Of a stretch of 64,000 nt of DNA, positions 47,318-58,563 are shown piece by piece; the stretch's first letter is position 1; the number at the start of each line of letters is the position of its first letter. Under the pieces are notes generated by a model. The model ran no database searches, was not told where the DNA came from, and was given only the letters and a program-made list of their open reading frames with translations. Both the position numbers and the translations under genes were made by a program. Origin of the DNA: Eledone cirrhosa (Eukaryota); the NCBI GenBank assembly GCA_964016885.1, contig OZ024755.1, positions 41,540,001-41,604,000 of the forward strand, given 5' to 3'.

Positions 47318-47760
47318 GTATTTTACCATGGCACCAGTACTACCACTTTACAGAGTGTCCAATGAGTATTTTACCATGGTACCACCACTACCACTTTACA
47401 GAGTGTCTAATGAGTATTTTACCATGGCACCACCACTACCACTTTACAGAGTGTCCCATGAGTATTTTACCATGGTACCAGTACTACCACTTTACAGAGT
47501 GTCCAATGAGTATTTTACCATGGCACCACCACTACCACTTTACAGAGTGTCCCATGAGTATTTTACCATGGCACCAGTACTACCACTTTACAGAGTGTCC
47601 AATGAGTATTTTACCATGGCCCCACCACTACCACTTTACTGAGTGTCTAATGAGTATTTTAGCATGGCACCAGTACTGCCACTTTACAGAGTGTCCAATG
47701 AGTAGTTTACCATGGCACCACCACTACCACTTTACAGAGTGTCCAATGAGTATTTTACCA
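47318..47760. repeat. 48-bp tandem repeat, ~9 copies, within a LINE/SINE-type 3' tail
   Basis: Unit GTATTTTACCATGGCACCACCACTACCACTTTACAGAGTGTCCAATGA; preceded by GGATGCCTTACCTAATGCCAACC, related to the RTE tail. Confidence 0.9.
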
Positions 47761-47789
47761 AAGTGCCTTTAGGGGCCTAAGTCGGGGGA

Positions 47790-47977
47790 CAGTGACGAAG
47801 GCCTGTAGCCGGTTCCGAGGCCGTCATCAAAGCCAATGGCAGGTTTATCGAGTGAGATCGAAGGAACAAGTCATGAAGACAAACTGACCCAAGTTTGATA
47901 AATAAATCTTAAAAAATAAAACTACTGTGTTATTTTTTCCTAGACAGTAATCTTGCGAACAAATATCGTCTGCACCC

Positions 47978-47981
<4 letters not shown>
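47790..47981 (+). mobile_element. Tc1/mariner transposon 3' end
   Basis: Encodes KACSRFR..(E)AVIKANGRFIE* (transposase C-terminus type) and ends GCACCCTG|TA. Confidence 0.7.
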
Positions 47982-48010
<29 letters not shown>

Positions 48011-48011
<1 letters not shown>

Positions 48012-49513
48012 ACTGACGTTTAAAGGACAGGTTCTATGAGATGCTAGTGCACACTACCTGCCAAATAACCGGCAGCGACTACTTAATTATTGCTGCCGAT
48101 CTAAACGGTCACGTTGGACAACATAGTGATGGCTATGATGGAATCCATCGAGGCTGTGAGGTTGAAAATAGAAATGAGGAGGGCTTCATAATACTGGAAT
48201 TCTGTGATGCTAATAACCTAACTATCTGTAACACAAACTTCAAAAAACGTGAAAACCACTTGATCACCTATAGATCAGGGGAACACGCCAGCCAGATAGA
48301 TTATATCCTTACCAGAAGACGGGACAAAGTGTCTGTTGTAAACACTAAATCCCTCTCCTGTGAAGAATGCACCTCCCAACATAGCCTAGTAGTTAGTGAC
48401 CTCATAGTCAGGAATAGACGTACTCGACGACAGAGGAGGCCTACCTTGAGGAGAAGAATATGGAAGTTGAAGGACCCCATAGCCAGTGACAAATTTAAAA
48501 GCTTTTTACTTAATGCCTTTGACAATAAGGAAGAGTAATTAGAGACGTGTGATATAGAGGAACAGTGGCAATTCTTGAAAGTGAACCTGCTGAAAGCAAC
48601 GGATGAAATCTGTGGCTGGAGCAGACCTATTGGCAGGAGGAGAGTAACTTGGTGGTGGAACAGTAAGGTGGAAGAGACAATCAAGGTCAAAAAGCAGGCT
48701 TGGAAAGTATGGCAGGATGGGGGAAATAGAGAGCACTATCAAGTGGCCAGGAGAGAAGCTAGGAGACAAGTGTACCTTGCAAAAAGGGAAGCAGAGGATA
48801 GAAAGTTCAAGCATGTTCTACAATGTGAGGACCAAAAACGTGAGGTGTTCAGGATTACTAGACAATGTGTCAAGGAAAACCATGATATTGTTGGGGAGAA
48901 GTGTGTCCGTAATGATAATGGTGTACTTGCCCTCCCTGATACTGATAAGAAGATAGCCTGGAGGTGTCACTACTAGAGACTATTAAATAAGGAGAATAAA
49001 TGGGAAAAAGATAGTCTGCCCCAAATCGATCCAATAGAAGGACCAGTGGTGTAAGTTAAAGGTAGTATAATAAGTAAGGCAATCAAAGATATGAAGACAG
49101 GCAAGGCAGCTGGGCCTTCGGAGATAGTTGCTGAGATGTTGAAGGCATCTGGAATGGTGGAACATACTATGGTCACCCGTATAGTCAACCAAGTAATACA
49201 GAATGGGGTCATACCAAAAGCCTGGCATAGCATCATCATCATTAACTGCTACAAGGGTAAAGGGGATGCTCTAGGTAGGGGAAACTATAGAGGCATTAAG
49301 TTAGTTGACCAGGTCATGAAGGTCACAGAAAGAGTTATAGCGCAACTAATCAGAGAGCGAATTGATCTAGATGAAATACAGTTTGGGTTTGTGTCAGGTA
49401 AAAGTACCACAGACGCTCTTTTCCTTGTACGACAACTACAGAAGAAGTACCTAGCTAAAAGTAAACACCTCTACTTAACTTTTGTAGACCTGGAGAAAGC
49501 CTTTGACAGAATC
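48011..49513 (+). mobile_element. RTE LINE internal fragment: AP endonuclease C-terminal half, linker and RT start (with stops)
   Basis: IAADLNGHVG, NTNFKK, SQIDYIL, TSQHSLV (APE); [20 protein letters not shown] (RT); both ends abut (TA)n. Confidence 0.92.
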
Positions 49514-49569
49514 ATATATATATATATATATATAGGTATATATATATATATATAGGTATATATATATAT

Positions 49570-49633
<64 letters not shown>

Positions 49634-49836
49634 TTAAGGATACTATTTATGGTTATGTATGTAATAAAACCTTTTATGGTAATATATTTTTTATACAAAC
49701 CTTAAATAGTGAAAGATAGTCATTAATTACTATCTTATTACCAGTAAGATAAATAGCTCAATGTAATAACATCAGTTGTTTTACAGAGCAGTTATATAGA
49801 GATTACAATAAGCAAAGTTCAGTTTAAATCATTTAT

Positions 49837-49885
49837 TTGCTTACAATTGTTTCCTCCAAACCGAGGTTTGGATTCTTCGGAGCAA
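49837..49885 (-). ncRNA. Hammerhead-like motif (variant core CCGAAGA), left arm
   Basis: Exact reverse complement of 51335-51383. Confidence 0.6.
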
Positions 49886-50792
49886 CTATTTAGTGATCTA
49901 TAACATACTTGACCTCCTTTTCAACACAAGAGACATATAAAACATATGCACATATTGATCCACAGTGGGATGACATCCATCAAAATGATATAGCATGGCA
50001 ATTTACATATAAAGGTTACAGGATAAAAATAAAAATAAAAATAAAAATAAAAATAAAAATAAAAATAAAAATAAAAATAAAAATAAAAATAAAAATAAAA
50101 ATAAAAATAAAAATAAAAATAAAAATGAAAATAAAAATGAAGCATTGGCAGTCTATGAAGATAAACCAAGAGGAAAGTTTAGAGTAGTCAGTGTATGAAA
50201 TAATCTCACGTGTAGCATGCACGCGTGTCTTATTTATACAGGATTAGAGTGCGTCAGAATGTTATTTGCAGGATCAGGCAGTTGAAGCAGGCAATCGATA
50301 TTATTATGTGGGCTGAATTATTAAATCATTTTTTCGCATACACCTGTATGATATACAGTCCCGGATGTGGAGAAACACCAAAATATCAAAAATTTCAAAC
50401 ATATTATAAACCATATTGTATCGTAGGCAAAATTATTATGTGAGTGGTGGTGTGAGCGAAGACAGTGGTACTGTTTTGCCTACGATACAATATGGTTTAT
50501 AATATGTTTGAAATTTTTGATATTTTGGTGTTTCTCCACATTCGGGACTGTATATCATACAGGTGTATGCGAATAAATGACTTAATAATTCAGCCCACAT
50601 AATAATATCGATTGCCTGCTTCAACTGCCTGATCCTGCAAATAACATTCTGACGCACTCTAATCCTGTATAAATAAGACACGCATGCATGCTACACGTGA
50701 GATTGTTTCATACACTGACTACTCTAAACTTTCCTCTTGGTTTATCTTCATAGACTGCCAATGCTTCATTTTTATTTTCATTTTTATTTTTA

Positions 50793-50823
<31 letters not shown>

Positions 50824-50940
50824 TTTATTTTTATTTTTATTTTTATTTTTATCCTGTAACCTTTATATGTAAATTGCCATGCTATATCATTTTGATAGAT
50901 GTCATCCCACTGTGGATCAATATGTGCATATGTTTTTATA

Positions 50941-51285
50941 TGGAGGCACATGGCTTAGTGGTTAGAGCATTGGCCTTGCAATCGAAAGGTTGTGAGTTCA
51001 ATTCTCAGACCGGGTGATGTGTTGTTTCCTTGAGCAAGACACTTTATTTCACATTGCTCCAGTTTACTCAGCTGTAGAAATGAGATGATAAGGACTGGGG
51101 TCCCTATCATTCCACTGCAAAGTGGTCGTGGAGGTGCCACGGCAAAAAAGCACCCAGCACTCACTGTAAATGAGGTTGGTGTTAGGAAGGGCATCCAGCT
51201 GTAGAAATCAAGCCAGAATCAGTTCCCGTCCCACCCTTGCAAGCAGGGAAAAGCGGACGTAAAATGAAATGATGATGATGATGAT
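50941..51285 (+). mobile_element. Full-length tRNA-derived SINE with RTE-derived tail
   Basis: A box TGGCTTAGTGG, B box GAGTTCAATTC; 3' part AAAAAGCACCCAGCACTCACTGTAAATGAGGTTGGTGTTAGGAAGGGCATCCAGCTGTAGAAATCAAGCCA matches the RTE 3' UTR; (GAT)n tail; absent from the left arm. Confidence 0.92.
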
Positions 51286-51334
51286 GTCTCTTGTGTTGAA
51301 AAGGAGGTCAAGTATGTTATAGATCACTAAATAG

Positions 51335-51383
51335 TTGCTCCGAAGAATCCAAACCTCGGTTTGGAGGAAACAATTGTAAGCAA
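51335..51383 (+). ncRNA. Type I hammerhead-like motif (variant core CCGAAGA)
   Basis: TTGCT-CCGAAGA-A TCCAAACC TC GGTTTGGA G-GAAA-CAATTG-TA^AGCAA: stem I TTGCT/AGCAA, 7-8 bp stem II, palindromic stem III ACAATTGT. Confidence 0.6.
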
Positions 51384-51445
51384 ATAAATGATTTAAACTG
51401 AACTTTGATTATTGTAATCTCTCTCTCTCTCTATATATATATATA

Positions 51446-52690
51446 GTTAACTTGTCTAAGACTAAAGTTCTAGTTTGTAGGAAGGAAAATAGGGCACCGG
51501 TCCCATCTGGGAAATGGCCATGCTCAGTGTGTAGGAAAGGAGTAGGTAGAAACTCCATTTTATGTCCCAAATGCAAAGTATGGGTACATAAAAGATGTAG
51601 TGGGATCACAGGTAAGCTAACTAAGAATATAGATTTTATTTGTGGCCGGTGCTCTGGTGCAATAAGTAGCAGCAAGTGCCCACGGAATACTAATTCATTC
51701 CATTGCACAGATGGTTCTATAGAAATAGTGGACAGCTTCCATTACCTGGGTGATAAAATCAGCAGTGGGGGAGGGTGCTCTGAAAGTACAGTAGCTAGAG
51801 TCAGAACGGGATGGAAAAAGTTCAGAGAGCTTATACCACTACTGGTCGCTAAAGGGTTCTCTCTAAAAATGAAAGGCAGGCTGTATGATGCCTGCATACA
51901 AACAGCAATGTTACATGGCAGTGAGACCTGGGCATTGTGTGCAGGGGATATACGCAGACTGGAGAGAAACGAAGCTTGCATGCCCCGCTGGATGTGTAAT
52001 AGTAATATACGTGAACGGCAAAGCATAAATGAACTAAGGGAGAAATTAGAAATAAGAGGGATCAGATGTTGTTTACTCGAGAGAAGACTACGTTGGTATG
52101 GTCACGTGATTCGCATGAAAGACGACAGCTGTATAAAAAAGTGCAGGGCAATAAAAATAGACGGTAGCCACGGAGTAGGCAGACCCAGAAAAACCTGGGA
52201 CGACTTGATAAATTCCGACCTCACACACTTACACCTCTCCAAGACAATGTCACTGGACCAAGATCTTTGGCACTACACAGTAATAGAGAAGACCCGCCTT
52301 ACCTAAGTGCAAAGTGAAACCTACTACAGTCAGTAGGCACCTCAAACAAAATACACCCCCGTCCCACTACCCCCACACCACCCCTTTCAATGTAAAGTTT
52401 ATGTTGGTACCACAACATCCAGCCCGAAACAAATAAGGTCGTGTAGGTGTCACGACAAAAAAACACAGTCCACGCTGTAATGTAGCCGTGTAGGTAACAT
52501 GGTAAAAACCTCCCAGTCCCACACTGTAAATGTGGTTGGTGTTAGGAAGGGCATCCAACTGTAGAAAACCTGCCAGACAGTCCTATGTGAGCAAGACAAT
52601 CACTCTTGCCTCAAGTGGGAATACCCCCGTCCAAACCCATGCAAGCGTGGAACACGGACGTTAAACGTTGATGATGATGATGATGATGAT
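51446..52690 (+). mobile_element. RTE LINE 3' fragment (second subfamily) with (GAT)n tail
   Basis: ORF 51452-52306 closely similar to 37272-38207; same 3' UTR. Confidence 0.92.
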
Positions 52691-52734
52691 ATTTATGTAT
52701 GTATGTATGTATGTATTTATTAGTTTGTATGTAT

Positions 52735-53038
52735 GCTTGCAAGGGTGGGACGGGAACTGATGCTGGCTTGATTTCTACAGCTGGATGCCCTTCCTAACAC
52801 CAACCTCATTTACAGTGAGTGCTGGGTGCTTTTTTGCCGTGGCACTTCCACGACCACTTTGCAGTGGAATGATATGGACACCAGTCCCTATCATCTCAAT
52901 TCTACAGCTGAGTAAACTGGAGCAATTTGAAATAAAGTGTCTTGCTCAAGGAAACAACACATCACCCGGTCTGAGAATTGAACTCACAACCTTTCGATTG
53001 CAAGGCCAATGCTCTAACCACTAAGCCATGTGCCTCCA
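52735..53038 (-). mobile_element. tRNA-derived SINE with RTE tail
   Basis: Reverse complement of 50941-51245. Confidence 0.9.
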
Positions 53039-53771
53039 TATATATATAATTTTTGATGATTTTGTGTAAAAATTAATGATAAAATAAAAATATATTTTTT
53101 TAAAAGGAGGCCCCTTTGGAGGGGTTGGGGGCTAAAATATAGCTTATTTAGCTGGTGAGGGTAGATCATGTTGTGTGTGTGTTTAATGGTGGTGGTGGTG
53201 GCCCTGAGCTATAGCTTAAAGTTAAGTCTAACACTGTTCTACTCAATTTTACTCACAAATCATGGGACGAACGTGAGCCTTTGATAAATGACATTTGGCC
53301 AAGATGTCACACAATGAGATTGAACCCTCTACCTCATGATTGTGAAACAAACACATTAACGACTCAGCTATACTCTATCCACTTTATCTAAAATACAACC
53401 ACTTAGAATATTCTGGTTTTTGTGACTATAAACCCCACAAACAACGTTTTCATCAACTGAACAGTCAAGATCATCATACCATTTATTAGTATTTATAAAA
53501 GGTGAGCTGACTTTATTCAGATACATCTTTTAATGGGAGAGGGCTAACAATAAAAGGCAGCTGCTCAAACCTGAAATAAAACCTTTTGTATTATTGTTGT
53601 GAAAGCAGAGTGGCTGGATTGTGTAAGATTGACATAATAAATGAATAAATTATCCATTAAGTACTTCGAAGGGATGGGAGTGACTATTGAATTCATTCTA
53701 TTTGTGCTGTTGAAAACAACTCCCTCTATTTTGTCAAAGCCATATATATATATATATATATATATAATTGG

Positions 53772-53933
53772 TAGAGGTAGACCATGAAAACATGGCGGAG
53801 GTGGTGAGAACAGAACTCAGATCGCTAAAACTCACGGTGGAGATGACGAAGGACCGTGACAAGTGGAGAGATGGTGTGCTAAATAAGACCCATCCCACCC
53901 TTGCAAGCAGGGAAAAGCATAAAATGATGATGA

Positions 53934-53937
<4 letters not shown>
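53772..53937 (+). mobile_element. Short RTE 3' end
   Basis: AEVVRTELRSLKLTVEMTKDRDKWRD; same family as 22581-22908; (GAT)n tail; TA-flanked. Confidence 0.8.
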
Positions 53938-53976
<39 letters not shown>

Positions 53977-54245
53977 TATATATATATCTTGTTTTTAAAT
54001 GTATTGCTTTCTCCATTTATTTTTGATTATATATATATATATATAAAACTGGACTACACCTAAGTGGACTACCTATAACAATAATTTGTTACCCCGTATA
54101 TATATATATATATATATATATTTGTGTGTGTATATATATATATTTTAGCCCCCAACCCCTCCAAGGGGGCCTCATTTTAAAAAATATATTTTTATTTTAT
54201 CATTAATTTTTACACAAAATCATCAAAAATTATATATATATATAT

Positions 54246-56725
54246 ATATATATGTGAATATAGACATGGAATATTCGAAAATATTCTGTATGTTTATAAT
54301 AAACATTTTGAAGACCTAATCGCTATAGAATAGAATACGTCACGTATTACAATTAGATTCTCGATAAAAGCAAGGGAAGTAATCTACGCGTTTCATTCTC
54401 GTAAGAAATCATCAGGACTACATATCCAGTGCTTTTATCGAGAATGACACAGCTAGAGACTTATAGAATACTTAGCTGTGTACAGGAACTGGTTTGAAAG
54501 AGCGGTTGCCGGTCCGGCAGAAATTAGAAATTGGAATAAATGCTCTGAAATAGCGATATATATGTGAATATAGACATGGAATATTCGAAAATATTCTGTA
54601 TGTTTATAATAAACATTTTGAAGACCTAATCGCTATAGAATAGAATACGTCACGTATTACAATTAGATTCTCGATAAAAGCAAGGGAAGTAATCTACGCG
54701 TTTCATTCTCGTAAGAAATCATCAGGACTACATATCCAGTGCTTTTATCGAGAATGACACAGCTAGAGACTTATAGAATACTTAGCTGTGTACAGGAACT
54801 GGTTTGAAAGAGCGGTTGCCGGTCCGGCAGAAATTAGAAATTGGAATAAATGCTCTGAAATAGCGATATATATGTGAATATAGACATGGAATATTCGAAA
54901 ATATTCTGTATGTTTATAATAAACATTTTGAAGACCTAATCGCTATAGAATAGAATACGTCACGTATTACAATTAGATTCTCGATAAAAGCAAGGGAAGT
55001 AATCTACGCGTTTCATTCTCGTAAGAAATCATCAGGACTACATATCCAGTGCTTTTATCGAGAATGACACAGCTAGAGACTTATAGAATACTTAGCTGTG
55101 TACAGGAACTGGTTTGAAAGAGCGGTTGCCGGTCCGGCAGAAATTAGAAATTGGAATAAATGCTCTGAAATAGCGATATATATGTGAATATAGACATGGA
55201 ATATTCGAAAATATTCTGTATGTTTATAATAAACATTTTGAAGACCTAATCGCTATAGAATAGAATACGTCACGTATTACAATTAGATTCTCGATAAAAG
55301 CAAGGGAAGTAATCTACGCGTTTCATTCTCGTAAGAAATCATCAGGACTACATATCCAGTGCTTTTATCGAGAATGACACAGCTAGAGACTTATAGAATA
55401 CTTAGCTGTGTACAGGAACTGGTTTGAAAGAGCGGTTGCCGGTCCGGCAGAAATTAGAAATTGGAATAAATGCTCTGAAATAGCGATATATATGTGAATA
55501 TAGACATGGAATATTCGAAAATATTCTGTATGTTTATAATAAACATTTTGAAGACCTAATCGCTATAGAATAGAATACGTCACGTATTACAATTAGATTC
55601 TCGATAAAAGCAAGGGAAGTAATCTACGCGTTTCATTCTCGTAAGAAATCATCAGGACTACATATCCAGTGCTTTTATCGAGAATGACACAGCTAGAGAC
55701 TTATAGAATACTTAGCTGTGTACAGGAACTGGTTTGAAAGAGCGGTTGCCGGTCCGGCAGAAATTAGAAATTGGAATAAATGCTCTGAAATAGCGATATA
55801 TATGTGAATATAGACATGGAATATTCGAAAATATTCTGTATGTTTATAATAAACATTTTGAAGACCTAATCGCTATAGAATAGAATACGTCACGTATTAC
55901 AATTAGATTCTCGATAAAAGCAAGGGAAGTAATCTACGCGTTTCATTCTCGTAAGAAATCATCAGGACTACATATCCAGTGCTTTTATCGAGAATGACAC
56001 AGCTAGAGACTTATAGAATACTTAGCTGTGTACAGGAACTGGTTTGAAAGAGCGGTTGCCGGTCCGGCAGAAATTAGAAATTGGAATAAATGCTCTGAAA
56101 TAGCGATATATATGTGAATATAGACATGGAATATTCGAAAATATTCTGTATGTTTATAATAAACATTTTGAAGACCTAATCGCTATAGAATAGAATACGT
56201 CACGTATTACAATTAGATTCTCGATAAAAGCAAGGGAAGTAATCTACGCGTTTCATTCTCGTAAGAAATCATCAGGACTACATATCCAGTGCTTTTATCG
56301 AGAATGACACAGCTAGAGACTTATAGAATACTTAGCTGTGTACAGGAACTGGTTTGAAAGAGCGGTTGCCGGTCCGGCAGAAATTAGAAATTGGAATAAA
56401 TGCTCTGAAATAGCGATATATATGTGAATATAGACATGGAATATTCGAAAATATTCTGTATGTTTATAATAAACATTTTGAAGACCTAATCGCTATAGAA
56501 TAGAATACGTCACGTATTACAATTAGATTCTCGATAAAAGCAAGGGAAGTAATCTACGCGTTTCATTCTCGTAAGAAATCATCAGGACTACATATCCAGT
56601 GCTTTTATCGAGAATGACACAGCTAGAGACTTATAGAATACTTAGCTGTGTACAGGAACTGGTTTGAAAGAGCGGTTGCCGGTCCGGCAGAAATTAGAAA
56701 TTGGAATAAATGCTCTGAAATAGCG
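54246..56725 (-). mobile_element. 310-bp tandem array, 8 copies, each with a hammerhead ribozyme on the minus strand (candidate non-LTR retrozyme)
   Basis: TATGTGAATA recurs at 54251, 54561, 54871, 55181, 55491, 55801, 56111, 56421; no differences between copies noticed by eye. Confidence 0.88.
54379..54421 (-). ncRNA. Minimal type I hammerhead ribozyme (first of 8 minus-strand copies, every 310 bp)
   Basis: Minus strand reads GTAGTC-CTGATGA-T TTCT TACG AGAA T-GAAAC GC GTA^GATTAC. Confidence 0.85.
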
Positions 56726-57938
56726 CTCTTTCAAACCAGTTCCTGTACACAGCTAAGTATTCTATAAGTCTCTAGCTGTGTCATTCTCGATAAAAGCACT
56801 GGATATGTAGTCCTGATGATTTCTTACGAGAATGAAACGCGTAGATTACTTCCCTTGCTTTTATCGAGAATCTAATTGTAATACGTGACGTATTCTATTC
56901 TATAGCGATTAGGTCTTCAAAATGTTTATTATAAACATACAGAATATTTTCGAATATTCCATGTCTATATTCACATATATATCGCTATTTCAGAGCATTT
57001 ATTCCAATTTCTAATTTCTGCCGGACCGGCAACCGCTCTTTCAAACCAGTTCCTGTACACAGCTAAGTATTCTATAAGTCTCTAGCTGTGTCATTCTCGA
57101 TAAAAGCACTGGATATGTAGTCCTGATGATTTCTTACGAGAATGAAACGCGTAGATTACTTCCCTTGCTTTTATCGAGAATCTAATTGTAATACGTGACG
57201 TATTCTATTCTATAGCGATTAGGTCTTCAAAATGTTTATTATAAACATACAGAATATTTTCGAATATTCCATGTCTATATTCACATATATATCGCTATTT
57301 CAGAGCATTTATTCCAATTTCTAATTTCTGCCGGACCGGCAACCGCTCTTTCAAACCAGTTCCTGTACACAGCTAAGTATTCTATAAGTCTCTAGCTGTG
57401 TCATTCTCGATAAAAGCACTGGATATGTAGTCCTGATGATTTCTTACGAGAATGAAACGCGTAGATTACTTCCCTTGCTTTTATCGAGAATCTAATTGTA
57501 ATACGTGACGTATTCTATTCTATAGCGATTAGGTCTTCAAAATGTTTATTATAAACATACAGAATATTTTCGAATATTCCATGTCTATATTCACATATAT
57601 ATCGCTATTTCAGAGCATTTATTCCAATTTCTAATTTCTGCCGGACCGGCAACCGCTCTTTCAAACCAGTTCCTGTACACAGCTAAGTATTCTATAAGTC
57701 TCTAGCTGTGTCATTCTCGATAAAAGCACTGGATATGTAGTCCTGATGATTTCTTACGAGAATGAAACGCGTAGATTACTTCCCTTGCTTTTATCGAGAA
57801 TCTAATTGTAATACGTGACGTATTCTATTCTATAGCGATTAGGTCTTCAAAATGTTTATTATAAACATACAGAATATTTTCGAATATTCCATGTCTATAT
57901 TCACATATATATCGCTATTTCAGAGCATTTATTCCAAT
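56724..57938 (+). mobile_element. Inverted block of the same 310-bp repeat, ~3.9 copies
   Basis: Reverse complement of the left block; starts CGCTCTTTCAAACC, complementary to 56661-56674. Confidence 0.9.
56807..56849 (+). ncRNA. Minimal type I hammerhead ribozyme (also 57117-57159, 57427-57469, 57737-57779)
   Basis: CTGATGA 56813-56819, GAAAC 56834-56838, cleavage triplet GTA 56841-56843; stem I GTAGTC/GATTAC; stem II TTCT/AGAA with UACG loop; palindromic ACGCGT. Confidence 0.85.
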
Positions 57939-58075
57939 ATATATATATATATTTATATAACGAAGGAAATGTGGTAAGGAACCAGGTGGACCATAACGCA
58001 CCAAAGTACTCAATACTTAGGGTAGTAGAGTGGGTAATAGGAACAAGTAAGACCCCCGGGGGTCTTACTTGTTCC

Positions 58076-58154
<79 letters not shown>

Positions 58155-58160
58155 TATACA

Positions 58161-58226
<66 letters not shown>

Positions 58227-58232
58227 TATACA

Positions 58233-58282
<50 letters not shown>

Positions 58283-58288
58283 TATACA

Positions 58289-58338
<50 letters not shown>

Positions 58339-58371
58339 TGTATATATATATATATACATATATATATATAC

Positions 58372-58402
<31 letters not shown>

Positions 58403-58444
58403 CAATATATTAATAAATGGAAACTATATTTATAAAACCATAAT

Positions 58445-58499
58445 TATTTTATTATATATATTTCAAGGCAGTCTTGGTGCGCTTTCATCAGATGAAATA
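58445..58499 (-). ncRNA. Type I hammerhead-like motif
   Basis: Minus strand: TATTTCAT-CTGATGA-AAG C GCA CCAAGAC TGC CTT-GAAA TATAT ATA^ATAAAATA; stem I 7/8 pairs. Confidence 0.55.
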
Positions 58500-58563
58500 C
58501 AAGATTTGTTTTATAAGTATTGACATAACCGGGGAAAAACAACCTTGATGGTTGAAAGTTCAA

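Larger units (their letters stand above)
49798..51422. repeat. Long inverted repeat (arms 49798-50432 and 50474-51422, 41-nt spacer), probable Penelope-like head-to-head remnant; SINE inserted in right arm
   Basis: Arms are near-exact reverse complements including an (ATAAAA)n tract; mirrored ORFs 50225-50443 and 50436-50681. Confidence 0.92.

Noticed and set aside
47283-47772. ORFs with 16-aa repeats
   Set aside because: By-product of the 48-bp tandem repeat, open in two frames
50225-50681. Pair of convergent near-identical small ORFs
   Set aside because: Consequence of the inverted repeat; no protein motif recognised
50941-51015. tRNA-like sequence with A and B boxes
   Set aside because: Head of a multi-copy SINE; no convincing acceptor stem and it runs into a LINE-derived tail
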